From: a virus
Taxonomy: Duplodnaviria; Caudoviricetes
IMG/VR virus record: IMGVR_UViG_3300014720_000109
Span: 1 to 32,729 of that record
Strand: one strand, 5' to 3'
DNA: 32,729 nucleotides
The position numbers and the translations under genes are program-made. Under the pieces are notes generated by a model. The model was not told where the DNA came from. It did not search any database and was given only the letters and a program-made list of their open reading frames with translations. This document shows positions 17,843 to 26,556 of the stretch, one piece after another (the first letter of the stretch is position 1; each line of letters opens with the position of its first letter).

Positions 17843-19015
17843 ATGGCCAAAATTCTCTGGTACGGAGATATCCTCTCAAACACTGGTTTTGCTAGAGTCA
17901 CACACAGTGTGCTGGATCATTTACAAAAAAATCACGAAATCGTTGCTGTAGGCATTAACTACAATGGAGATCCTCATGATCTTCCTTTTAAAGTTTATCC
18001 GGCAGCAGCAAGGAATCCTGGTGATCGTTTTGGTATTGGCCGACTGCCTGAAATTGTTGAAGCAGAAAAACCAGATTTCTTTATCTGTTTAAACGATATT
18101 TGGATTGTTAACCAGGTTTGGGAACGAATTCATTTACTAAAAACACAAAATAATTTTAAATTCATAGCTTACTTCCCGCTCGATTCGCAGTGGTATACCG
18201 AAAGCCACATGCGATTCATAAAAGATTGGGATTTTGCAATCACATTTACCATTGAACAAGCTCAGCGAGTTATGCAGCTTGGTGTCAAACCCAAAATGCT
18301 TGGCGTTATCCCACACGGAGTTGAGGTCTCGAAGTTTTTCCCCATCGATCAAACAGAAGCGAAAAAACAACTTGGAATTTCTAAAGATAAATTTATTGTT
18401 TTGAATGCAAACCGAAACCAACCACGTAAACAGATCGACCTGACGATCAAGGCGTTTGCTGAGTTTGCGGTGGGTAAAGAAGATACGATGCTTTACCTAC
18501 ACATGAGCGAAAAGGATCTTGGCTGGGATATTCGAGCTATTTTCGAAACAGAAATGAAACGTCGAGGTCTTAATTCAGACCAACGACTTTTAATGACAAC
18601 AGCAAATATTGATTATTTGAACGCACCACCGGATGAAATTTTAAATTACGTCTATAATGCTTGCGATGTAGGCATCAACACAGCAAACGGTGAAGGCTGG
18701 GGACTCGTTCCTTTTGAACACGCAGCATGTAAAAAACCGCAAGTGCTGCCAAACCACACCTCATTTGCTGAAGTTTGGAAAAACAAAGCTTTATTAGCTG
18801 ATGTCGCCGCGTGGATCTATGACAAAGATTTAGGTGTCGAACGGGGAATCGTAGATATCCTGGACGCCGCTACAAAACTTACAAAACTCTATGAAGATAA
18901 GGAATTCTATAAATTAATAGCAGAAGAGTGTTACTCTGTGACCTTAAATCCTTCATATCGTTGGGACAAGATTGCAGAAGGTTTCGAGAAAGCCATGGAG
19001 GAAGTTTCAAAATGA
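17843..19015 (+). CDS. GT4 (GT-B fold) glycosyltransferase
   Basis: N-terminal TGFARV, IPHGV, NRNQPRK, YNACDV and EGWGLVPFE (Ex7E motif). Confidence 0.9.
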   Translation: MAKILWYGDILSNTGFARVTHSVLDHLQKNHEIVAVGINYNGDPHDLPFKVYPAAARNPGDRFGIGRLPEIVEAEKPDFFICLNDIWIVNQVWERIHLLKTQNNFKFIAYFPLDSQWYTESHMRFIKDWDFAITFTIEQAQRVMQLGVKPKMLGVIPHGVEVSKFFPIDQTEAKKQLGISKDKFIVLNANRNQPRKQIDLTIKAFAEFAVGKEDTMLYLHMSEKDLGWDIRAIFETEMKRRGLNSDQRLLMTTANIDYLNAPPDEILNYVYNACDVGINTANGEGWGLVPFEHAACKKPQVLPNHTSFAEVWKNKALLADVAAWIYDKDLGVERGIVDILDAATKLTKLYEDKEFYKLIAEECYSVTLNPSYRWDKIAEGFEKAMEEVSK

Positions 19016-20097
19016 GCCTGCAATTTCATCGCTATCGGACATACCACAACAGGGCTGTAAAAACAGTTTTTACACCCTCTAAAAAAGGTTTCCCTTCTGT
19101 GTACGAGCAAGCCGAAAATATCGGCGGCACTTTTACACGGATTACGACTGGTTTACCAGAAACCAATGTTGCGAACTTTAGCCCCTGTGTGCTCAAGCAT
19201 CGCGGATCAACTTTAATCGCGTGGCGATCTCAACCGGAACCATTTGTTTTCCGACACGACATGAAATATTTTTACTACAACAACACTCCTACAGATTTAT
19301 ATATTGGTGAACTAATTGGAGACGACACGATTGTCGCACCTAGAAAACTTGAAGAAGGTAAACATCGATTAAGTTACGAGGATCCTAGACTCTTTCTGAG
19401 TCCTGATGACAAATTGCATTGTCAGTTTGTGACTAGTACGTATGCGAGTAAGTGGGACACAACTAATCACAAACTTATTAAAACGCCCAAGATTTGTGTA
19501 GGAAGCATTGATGAATTTGGCCGGTTAACAGATTGCATATTTCCGGATATAGGTGAAAATCTGAAAGACGGAGGCACGGAAAAAAATTGGTGTTTCTTTA
19601 GCCATGACGATCAACTTAAGCTGCTCTATACAACACAACCTTTAGTTTTTAAATCCCCGAGACAAAACGATTCTGTTGTAGATTCTTCTTGTTTGAAACA
19701 GATAACAGGAGAATTCCCGACATTTAATTCAACAGCACCTATTCAAATAGATGACGAATGGCTAGTTTTTTATCACTGGAAATATATGGTTTACCAGCTA
19801 GATAGTAGACCCTACTTACTTTACTCATTAGGTGCATATACCTTGAATAAAGAGCAAACAAAAATTATTCGAATGATGAAGGAACCTTTGTTTGTAGGTT
19901 CAACTCGTGATGATTTAATTACTTGGACTGATGCAGTCGGGAATGATATTTCGAATCAACCTGCTTGCATCTTACCTTTTGGTTGTTTTGTTGATGAATA
20001 TGATGAGTTAGTTATGTCTTTAGGAGTAAATGATTATTTTATGGGTATTTTTAGAACACCTTTAGTCAACGTACTGTGTTTAATGGATACTGTATGA
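19012..20097 (+). CDS. GH130-like five-bladed beta-propeller glycosidase/phosphorylase
   Basis: YEDPRLF, EKNWCFF and C-terminal SLGVND motifs. The true start is probably the ATG at 19012 (ATGA overlap with the GT4 stop), not 18928. Confidence 0.65.
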   Translation: MSLQFHRYRTYHNRAVKTVFTPSKKGFPSVYEQAENIGGTFTRITTGLPETNVANFSPCVLKHRGSTLIAWRSQPEPFVFRHDMKYFYYNNTPTDLYIGELIGDDTIVAPRKLEEGKHRLSYEDPRLFLSPDDKLHCQFVTSTYASKWDTTNHKLIKTPKICVGSIDEFGRLTDCIFPDIGENLKDGGTEKNWCFFSHDDQLKLLYTTQPLVFKSPRQNDSVVDSSCLKQITGEFPTFNSTAPIQIDDEWLVFYHWKYMVYQLDSRPYLLYSLGAYTLNKEQTKIIRMMKEPLFVGSTRDDLITWTDAVGNDISNQPACILPFGCFVDEYDELVMSLGVNDYFMGIFRTPLVNVLCLMDTV

Positions 20098-20113
20098 ATG
20101 TAAATAATAATTT

Positions 20114-20644
20114 TTAACTTTTTTCTTCGCGTTCCATTGTGCTCCAAACGACGATAGAAGCGTCTTCAATCAAGGAACTCATAGTTGGCTGATCTTCAAA
20201 ACTATTTATAAGTTCACGTAAACAACGATCTGCACCAGCTAGTAAAAGTCCACGGCGATCAAGACCATCGGTAAGTTGTCGTACAGCTTGAATGTGACTG
20301 CGAAGTTCTTTTTGAAGAACAGCAATTTTTGTTGCTGCTGTGGCATGATCCAACATGCCAGTTAATGTCATCTGACGAACATTATTTAAATCAATTTTAA
20401 GTAAGTCAATTTCAGTCAGTAAATCTTTACGAAGATCACTTTTAGGGTATTTCTCTTGTACCCAAGCTGTAAGGTCCGATATGGAACCGCTGTAACCAGG
20501 TTTTAAAAACCTGGCGTATAAAAAAGCTTCAATATCACTTGTACTGTTTTTTGCATAATACGTAAATGAATCACGTTGAGATTTATCAAGCGAACTCAAC
20601 CACGAGGCAACCGTGGTTGAATCACCAATAGTTGATTTAATCAT
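20114..20644 (-). CDS. Putative terminase small subunit
   Basis: 176 aa, helical/coiled-coil; nearest same-strand gene upstream of terL. Assigned by position and size. Confidence 0.45.
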   Translation of the reverse strand: MIKSTIGDSTTVASWLSSLDKSQRDSFTYYAKNSTSDIEAFLYARFLKPGYSGSISDLTAWVQEKYPKSDLRKDLLTEIDLLKIDLNNVRQMTLTGMLDHATAATKIAVLQKELRSHIQAVRQLTDGLDRRGLLLAGADRCLRELINSFEDQPTMSSLIEDASIVVWSTMEREEKS

Positions 20645-21357
20645 GCAAAAAAGCGCTGCCCAGCAAATGCTTGATTAGCACCAAATTGTTTTAAAGCTAA
20701 ATTAGCTTTTGTCTGAGCTTTAATTTTTGTTATATCACCAAGAGCATTAGCCTGAGACAACTGTAAACCAGTTTCTCGTGCTTGAGCTCCAAGAGCTAAT
20801 CGCCCTTCCGTTTCAGCTCGAGTCCTAAAAACATCAGCAAGGGTATCAGCTTGTTTTTGAGCAACAGCTGATCTTGTTTGCTCTTGGAAAGTTTTTAATC
20901 CAATATTTGTAGAAGCAAGCGTACCAGCAAGTTGATTTTCTCCGGCCAGAGCAGAGGAGCCTGCTTGTCCTAATAACTGAGGAGCTGCAAGCTCTACTGC
21001 AAGTTTGGATAAAGCTTCTTGTTTTTTAACATCTAAACCAGCTCCAGCTGAAGCCGCAGTAACTGAAGCTTGCGTTGCTGTTTGTTTCTGAGCTTGATCT
21101 AACGCTTCTTTTAAAACAGAAAGTTGACTCGATGCGATTGTTTGACCCTGAAGACCTAAAGCACCGCCAAAAGAACCTTGTAAAACTGCAAGACCCTGCA
21201 TCGCTGCAGTTAAAGGGTTGTTTGCAGCAGCTGCTTGTGCTCCATATAACGCATAATAATCAACAGGAGCCGAAGCACTACTACTTTTGCTACCGCCACC
21301 AAATAAACTGCCACCAATGCCAGCAGCTAAGGTACCAAGAATCGCAGGAAGAGCCAT
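20641..21357 (-). CDS. Ala/Gln-rich candidate DNA ejection/pilot protein
   Basis: N-terminal Gly-rich hydrophobic segment MALPAILGTLAAGIGGSLFGGG followed by A/Q-rich helices, as in P22 gp7/T7 gp14-type proteins. Confidence 0.5.
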   Translation of the reverse strand: MALPAILGTLAAGIGGSLFGGGSKSSSASAPVDYYALYGAQAAAANNPLTAAMQGLAVLQGSFGGALGLQGQTIASSQLSVLKEALDQAQKQTATQASVTAASAGAGLDVKKQEALSKLAVELAAPQLLGQAGSSALAGENQLAGTLASTNIGLKTFQEQTRSAVAQKQADTLADVFRTRAETEGRLALGAQARETGLQLSQANALGDITKIKAQTKANLALKQFGANQAFAGQRFFA

Positions 21358-21359
21358 AA

Positions 21360-21983
21360 TTAAAAAACGGGCTTACCCGGTTGGAATGCCTCTATGGCTT
21401 GTTGAGTAGGACCTGCTAAAGAAGCAAGAACATTAGCGTTAGGCATACCCATAGTCGCACTTAAATTGAGCATACCTAAGGCAAGAGCGGTATCTTTTTG
21501 AATCTGAGTTTGAGTGATTCCTTGCCACGCTAGAATTGTCTGTAGCTCAGTATCTCGATAAGTTTTTTCTTCCATGCGAGCCAACGCATTTTGAAGCGCA
21601 ATTTGCTCGCGTTTCTTCCAATATTCATAATCAATCTTGGACCGCTCAGGATAAAACTCTCTAGCTTCTTTTGCTTCCTTTTCTTGTTTCTGGATAATCC
21701 GCTCAAGAATACCCCCTAAGCTACCAACCTGAGAATTACCCGGCGGAGGATTTATAGGAGGAGGAAGTTGAATTGAACCACCTTGACCATCTTCAAACCA
21801 ACCCGGTTCGGGCGGTGGGGGCGGCATGGTATCGCCAGCAGCAGGTTGCTGCCGTGGTGTCGGCCTGGAAGCTGCAGGTTTTTTAGGTTCTTGAAGAGCT
21901 CCTTGAACTCCTTTATAAATTAAATAAGGTAACCCTGTAAATGGATTTGAAAAAAGAGCTGCATCCAGAGTGTTCGTAGCCAT
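21360..21983 (-). CDS. Hypothetical protein (Pro-rich linker, coiled coil), candidate internal virion protein
   Basis: 207 aa, translationally coupled to its neighbours. Confidence 0.55.
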   Translation of the reverse strand: MATNTLDAALFSNPFTGLPYLIYKGVQGALQEPKKPAASRPTPRQQPAAGDTMPPPPPEPGWFEDGQGGSIQLPPPINPPPGNSQVGSLGGILERIIQKQEKEAKEAREFYPERSKIDYEYWKKREQIALQNALARMEEKTYRDTELQTILAWQGITQTQIQKDTALALGMLNLSATMGMPNANVLASLAGPTQQAIEAFQPGKPVF

Positions 21984-22534
21984 CAGTAAGCCCTCCCTAA
22001 TTCAACAATTTGAGCTTCCTCACCAGGAAAACGTTGAGATCCCGTGGCAATGCCTTGTTGATAGATACCACCGGTACTACTCAAACCCTGACCAATTGCT
22101 GCTCCCAGAGATTGAGCTAAAGCAGACTGAACATTACCTTGCTGACGAACTTGTTCAAGAGCTCGTTCTCTAGCTCCAGCTTCTTGAGCTAAAACTCGAT
22201 TAGTAGCGATAGTATCTTTAATAATTTGATCAGCATCTAAATATTTATAATCTCCACCTGTTTTATTAAGTACCGAACGACGATAATTTTCTTCGCTAAC
22301 GTAACGTTCTATTTCCCGAATATCGCCTAAAGAAACCATATATTTTTCATCAGATCCCCGCATGGCACTAGAAGGTGTAATACCTCCCTTAGAAACAGCG
22401 GAGCCTATAGCGCCAGAAATAAGTTCAGCAATAATTTCGTTCAATAAGTTCATCCCAAGACGGCTCGCCATCCCACCTCCTCCAGCAGCAGCAACTCCTC
22501 CTCCTCCAACAGCAGCAACAGGCGCGGCCATCAA
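21983..22534 (-). CDS. Gly/Ala-rich hypothetical protein, candidate internal virion protein
   Basis: 183 aa; start/stop overlaps at both ends. Confidence 0.55.
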   Translation of the reverse strand: MMAAPVAAVGGGGVAAAGGGGMASRLGMNLLNEIIAELISGAIGSAVSKGGITPSSAMRGSDEKYMVSLGDIREIERYVSEENYRRSVLNKTGGDYKYLDADQIIKDTIATNRVLAQEAGARERALEQVRQQGNVQSALAQSLGAAIGQGLSSTGGIYQQGIATGSQRFPGEEAQIVELGRAY

Positions 22535-22770
22535 ACTCCTCCAGGGTTGTCGTACTTAGTTCCGCTTAGCGGTTTCTTAGCTAATTTTAAAGGATCTTCT
22601 GCTTTTATATTGCCTAATCCCACAGAAAGTTGTTGTTGTGAAGGGAATGCGACAGTTTGAGGAAAATTACTTTCTATGTACATATGCATAAAATTATTAG
22701 GATCCAAAGCAGGAGCCAATTTGCGAACATCACGTTCACGTAATTGTTGTTGCCTAGGGGTTAAACTCAT
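22531..22770 (-). CDS. Hypothetical protein
   Basis: 79 aa; start/stop overlaps with both neighbours. Confidence 0.6.
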   Translation of the reverse strand: MSLTPRQQQLRERDVRKLAPALDPNNFMHMYIESNFPQTVAFPSQQQLSVGLGNIKAEDPLKLAKKPLSGTKYDNPGGV

Positions 22771-23267
22771 CAGCCTAACTCTTGATATTCCTGCGAGGGC
22801 GGAATATGACTTGAAGATGGAGCATTTAAAACAGAATAATTAGCTCCTAAATTCGGAGTGTCGTACTCAAGAGGTCGTTGACTTGATAACTGATCCATGT
22901 GTTCGTCCGACTGATCCGATAAAGCTTCAATTAATTGCAGAATTAAATTAACTTCATCAGGCTCAAGCTCCGAAAGAAGCTGCATTAAATAAACATCTTC
23001 ATGAGGACGCTCAGGTTCAGTGCGCAAACGAGACGCTAACTGAGCGTGCAGCATAGGTTTATTATTATCTGGGTAACTATTTAAAGATCGGGTAGGGCCT
23101 GTATAAATACCCTCTCCTTCGCGACCAGGAATAGAGGGGAGACCACGGGCAAATTCACGGACTACACGAGCCGTTATTGGAGTAGCGGCAGCCATCTCAG
23201 CCGGTGTCTGAGGCATAGGAAGACCTAAAACCCGAGCAGCTAATTCGTAATCTGCCTGACTAAACAC
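22770..23267 (-). CDS. Hypothetical protein
   Basis: 165 aa, GTG start overlapping the end of the HTH gene. Confidence 0.6.
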   Translation of the reverse strand: MFSQADYELAARVLGLPMPQTPAEMAAATPITARVVREFARGLPSIPGREGEGIYTGPTRSLNSYPDNNKPMLHAQLASRLRTEPERPHEDVYLMQLLSELEPDEVNLILQLIEALSDQSDEHMDQLSSQRPLEYDTPNLGANYSVLNAPSSSHIPPSQEYQELG

Positions 23268-23553
23268 CGGAACAAACCGCTTCAGATAAATTCATTGTAC
23301 TGTTAATACCTAGTAAATCGCCAGGATTACAAGAAAGTGTTAAGCACAACTTTTCGAGAACATCTGGAGACGGAATATAATTTTTATCTACATAAATTTT
23401 ACGTGTGGTAGTAGGGGAGAGATCAGCTAATTTGCTCAGCGCAAAAGAAGATAAATTTTTAGAATCTAAAATATTTTTTAAATTATTTATTAAACAACCC
23501 GCTGACGGATAAGAAGAATAAAAAGGCACTTTACTTAAATTGATCTGGGTCAA
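23260..23553 (-). CDS. Cro/C1 (XRE)-type HTH protein
   Basis: LKNILDSKNLSSFALSKLADLSPTTTRKI...PSPDVLEKLCLTLSCNPGDLL fits the HTH_26/XRE pattern. Confidence 0.85.
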   Translation of the reverse strand: MTQINLSKVPFYSSYPSAGCLINNLKNILDSKNLSSFALSKLADLSPTTTRKIYVDKNYIPSPDVLEKLCLTLSCNPGDLLGINSTMNLSEAVCSGV

Positions 23554-23881
23554 TCATAAAACTTTTATTTAAATTAGCGTTACCAATCAACGAGTTACAA
23601 ATCCGTGCGTTTAGTGAATACACATCATTAAGAGTTACACCGGCCTCAACAGCATACACAGAACCTAATTCTTTTACATTACATAATAAAGGTCTGTTAT
23701 CATAAACACTACATAAATTATTTTCTAACATAGTGCAGCAACCGGACTCATCCCAAGAGTAAGGAAAAGCCTCCGCTGCTTTATAAAAAACAGACTCAGG
23801 ATCACCTTGTTTAGCAGTTCGAACAATTGAACCCAATGAACGACAACAAAGTGAACAACCTGTACAAGGAAAATCTTCCAT
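23531..23881 (-). CDS. YkgJ-family cysteine-cluster protein
   Basis: FPCTGCSLCC...CCTMLENNLCSVYDNRPLLC: CxxCxxCC and CxxYxxRPxxC motifs. Confidence 0.85.
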   Translation of the reverse strand: MEDFPCTGCSLCCRSLGSIVRTAKQGDPESVFYKAAEAFPYSWDESGCCTMLENNLCSVYDNRPLLCNVKELGSVYAVEAGVTLNDVYSLNARICNSLIGNANLNKSFMIDPDQFK

Positions 23882-23901
23882 AAAAAAAATTTAATATCTT
23901 A

Positions 23902-24579
23902 TTAAAAGTCTAAACCTTTTGATATATCTACTAAACCAGTCCCAGAAAAATGACCAAAAGAAGTTAAATCAATTTTTGGGTTTTTAATCATACGCCAACT
24001 TATTTCCTCACTAGGAAAACGAATATCATCTAAAAACAACCACCTAGGTTTTACATCCATTTTTAAACTAGATAAAAGTGTATAAAATTTATTCTCAAAA
24101 TAACCATCTTTAGGTGCATCACACATAATAAAATCTGCTTTGTTTAGCAAATTTTTATGTTTTTCAAAAATCGAATCTCTACTTAAGTCTTCTAAATATT
24201 GAGTAACACGACCTCCATTTTTTTTAAAATCTTCAGTTTTTAACCAACTTGTTGGAAATTTATCCCAAGCTTGTAAATCGAATGTATGAATTTCTGCGTA
24301 AGGAGCATAATCACACATAACACGAGTACCAACTCCCAGCCAAGTTCCAATATCTACCACACAACGAGGCTTGGTTTGGTTAAGTAAACCGGCTAATAAT
24401 CGATAGTGATCCCCAGGAAAAGCATTCGCAAATTCATATGAACAATCAATCTTGTTATTAGAGGCAAAAAGAACAGCCCCACAAATAAGTAAATAATCTG
24501 AAAAAGCTTGTGCTGCAGAATCGTCATCTACTGATAAACAGTGACTATCGATAGCGTGTCGTACTTGAACCATGTTCAA
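23902..24579 (-). CDS. Class I SAM-dependent methyltransferase
   Basis: VVDIGTWLGVG motif I, ADFIMCDAPK, LFLDDI. Confidence 0.8.
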   Translation of the reverse strand: MNMVQVRHAIDSHCLSVDDDSAAQAFSDYLLICGAVLFASNNKIDCSYEFANAFPGDHYRLLAGLLNQTKPRCVVDIGTWLGVGTRVMCDYAPYAEIHTFDLQAWDKFPTSWLKTEDFKKNGGRVTQYLEDLSRDSIFEKHKNLLNKADFIMCDAPKDGYFENKFYTLLSSLKMDVKPRWLFLDDIRFPSEEISWRMIKNPKIDLTSFGHFSGTGLVDISKGLDF

Positions 24580-25346
24580 AATCCCAAATATTTACGGCGG
24601 ACGAATTCTAGATCATATGTCACAAAGTCAATAGGAAGTTCCGGGATATTAAACGGAGTTTTATAAGTCTCACCCTCAACGTGAGCTTGCCACGCTTCGC
24701 CCCACTTAGCGTGAAGATAACGTTTGTTCAGTTCATGTGCCACATGAACTGCTTGTTGTAAACGAGGCTCGGAACGCCAGGTTTGCGATCCGTCTGAGTA
24801 ATCTTTTTTACTTCCGTGGTAGTAACCTGCTTCAAGTGATAAAACTCTTTTAATATCATCGTGAATAAATCGCATTCCATAGTCCATATCTTCGCAATAA
24901 CCAGGATATAAATTCTCATCAAATAACCCGTATTTTTTAACAATCCAGTCTTTTAAAAGAAAAATATCCCATCCTCCATTACTACCGTGTACCAAGCCAA
25001 CTTCTTCATCCTGTGCTTTATTGTTCATTTCTTCTAAAAAACCGGGCTCAAACATCACATCATGATTACTAATAACCCAGTAAGGAGCGTGCATAAAAGA
25101 TTTGATAATTAAATTCCAAGCCCCAGAACACCCAATATTTGATGGCATGTTTGTAACATGCACATTTTTTACGAATGGATTAGACAACTTACGAACATTT
25201 TCTACAGCGTCCGTAATTTGACCTCTACCGTTGTTATTAAAAACAACAAAATCGTCAACAGGATAATCTATGCTCATATAAAGGCGATGAAGCCAATAAG
25301 GAGCATTAACAATTGCAGTACCTATAACGGGAATAGAACCAGACAT
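24576..25346 (-). CDS. GT2-like glycosyltransferase
   Basis: VVFNNN, NIGCSGAWN, ISNHDV and GLFDENLYPGYCEDMDY, the last being a typical GT2 motif. Confidence 0.8.
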   Translation of the reverse strand: MSGSIPVIGTAIVNAPYWLHRLYMSIDYPVDDFVVFNNNGRGQITDAVENVRKLSNPFVKNVHVTNMPSNIGCSGAWNLIIKSFMHAPYWVISNHDVMFEPGFLEEMNNKAQDEEVGLVHGSNGGWDIFLLKDWIVKKYGLFDENLYPGYCEDMDYGMRFIHDDIKRVLSLEAGYYHGSKKDYSDGSQTWRSEPRLQQAVHVAHELNKRYLHAKWGEAWQAHVEGETYKTPFNIPELPIDFVTYDLEFVRRKYLGF

Positions 25347-25379
25347 AAAAATTAGTTTTATATCAATATAGTATCAGAA

Positions 25380-25811
25380 TTAAAAATTTTCAAAAAGGTT
25401 GCAGCCGACAGCATTCAAGGTTCCAGCTTCCGGCAGCTCATAAGAACATTTAAATCCCTCATCAGTAAGAGTGTCGTGGTAAAAATAACAATCCTCGCAC
25501 GGACACTTACTAGTTTCTAAAACGTTTCCAGAATCTCCAGATTGACTTTCAAATTTCACACCACTAAAAACACTTAAAAGTTCATTAAATTTAAATCTTA
25601 GAGTAATTAAATCTGAATAAGCATCAGAATTAATCTCATATAAAGTCTCGCGATGAGTACAACGCTCACAAATATATCTTCGACGGACACCATCAGAAAT
25701 CTTGCGAGACTCTAAAACCCGATAAGAGGCAAAACCACAACTAGAGCATTTGCGTTTGTTTGCCAGGTTTTGTAGTTGGTTTGGACTATGTGGTTTTTTT
25801 TGAGCAGCCAT
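25380..25811 (-). CDS. NrdR-like zinc-ribbon protein (no ATP cone)
   Basis: CSSCG...RVLESR...DGVRRRYICERC.HR.T.YE matches the NrdR N-terminal domain; second Cys cluster at the C-terminus. Start moved to ATG 25811 because the longer ORF begins inside the tRNA. Confidence 0.7.
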   Translation of the reverse strand: MAAQKKPHSPNQLQNLANKRKCSSCGFASYRVLESRKISDGVRRRYICERCTHRETLYEINSDAYSDLITLRFKFNELLSVFSGVKFESQSGDSGNVLETSKCPCEDCYFYHDTLTDEGFKCSYELPEAGTLNAVGCNLFENF

Positions 25812-25820
25812 TGTTTGTAA

Positions 25821-25902
25821 TACTGCAGGTGGGACTTGAACCCACACGAGCAAAGCTCAACGCATTTTAAGTGCGTAGCGTCTACCTTTCCGCCACTGCA
25901 GC
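25821..25902 (-). tRNA. trnL: tRNA-Leu (anticodon UAA), 82 nt, no encoded CCA, no intron
   Basis: GCTGCAG-TGGCGGAAAGGTAGACGCT-ACGCA-CTTAAAA-TGCGT-TGAGCTTTGCTCGT-GTGGG-TTCAAGT-CCCAC-CTGCAGT-A: full cloverleaf with long variable arm and discriminator A. Confidence 0.95.
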
Positions 25903-25928
25903 GACCGACAGATACTAACAGCTTAGTG

Positions 25929-26135
25929 TCAGTCGGCCTGAGTGTCTTCAGATTTTACCCAGGTTTCGTCACCGGGTAAGGGCTCTGTCCCGTAGTCATA
26001 CGTATCGTAGTCCTCATCGTTACGAGGATCATCCTCCACAAACACATAGTGCGTAGTTTCCTGTTTAATAAATGAAGTCAAATTAGCCAGGGCCTCATTA
26101 AGAAGCTGCTGCTCTTCCTCAGTTAAGTCGTCCAT
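25929..26135 (-). CDS. Small acidic hypothetical protein
   Basis: MDDLTEEEQQ...DDPRNDEDYDTYDYGTEPLPGD; the start could alternatively be 26162. Confidence 0.6.
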   Translation of the reverse strand: MDDLTEEEQQLLNEALANLTSFIKQETTHYVFVEDDPRNDEDYDTYDYGTEPLPGDETWVKSEDTQAD

Positions 26136-26151
26136 ACAGCAACTAAGACAC

Positions 26152-26466
26152 TCACATATCATAAAGACGAATCTTGGTATTTACCCAACGTTTACATGTA
26201 TTATTATCGTAAGTACCATACACATACATTTGTTTTTCAGTACATTGGCGCACAAGATCATTAAACAATGCTACTTTTTCTTGATCTTGTTTGAATTTAG
26301 ATAAGACAAAATTTGTGTAATTACGACCTTCAATATTCATGAGTAAAACAAAACTAAAAAACCCTATAAGAACAATAAAAGAAATAACAAGTTCAGGTGC
26401 CTTCCAGATCAATGTCGCAGGGACAATTTGCGGGACTTGGGTTGTGATGTCGGTTTTGGAGGTCAT
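26152..26466 (-). CDS. Single-pass membrane hypothetical protein
   Basis: Hydrophobic LVISFIVLIGFFSFVLLM; first gene after a sigma70-type promoter. Confidence 0.6.
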   Translation of the reverse strand: MTSKTDITTQVPQIVPATLIWKAPELVISFIVLIGFFSFVLLMNIEGRNYTNFVLSKFKQDQEKVALFNDLVRQCTEKQMYVYGTYDNNTCKRWVNTKIRLYDM

Positions 26467-26489
26467 GGTTGTTACCTAGTAACACCAAG

Positions 26490-26518
26490 AGCATAGCAGC
26501 CTACTTGTAGCGTGTCAA
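26490..26518 (-). promoter_or_regulatory. Sigma70-type promoter TTGACA-N17-TATGCT
   Basis: Perfect -35, 17-nt spacer ending in TGC (extended -10), A/T-rich upstream. Confidence 0.8.
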
Positions 26519-26556
26519 TAAATAAGTGCTACTATGCTGAAAAAGGCACAAAACCA

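Noticed and set aside
18928-19011. Extended N-termini given by the ORF track (also 25812-25853, 26512-26556, 32157-32297)
   Set aside because: They overlap another gene, the tRNA or a promoter; downstream ATGs fit better.
25821-25902. tRNA as attachment site or prophage boundary
   Set aside because: Phage-type genes on both sides, and no integrase or duplicated tRNA 3' end seen in the window.
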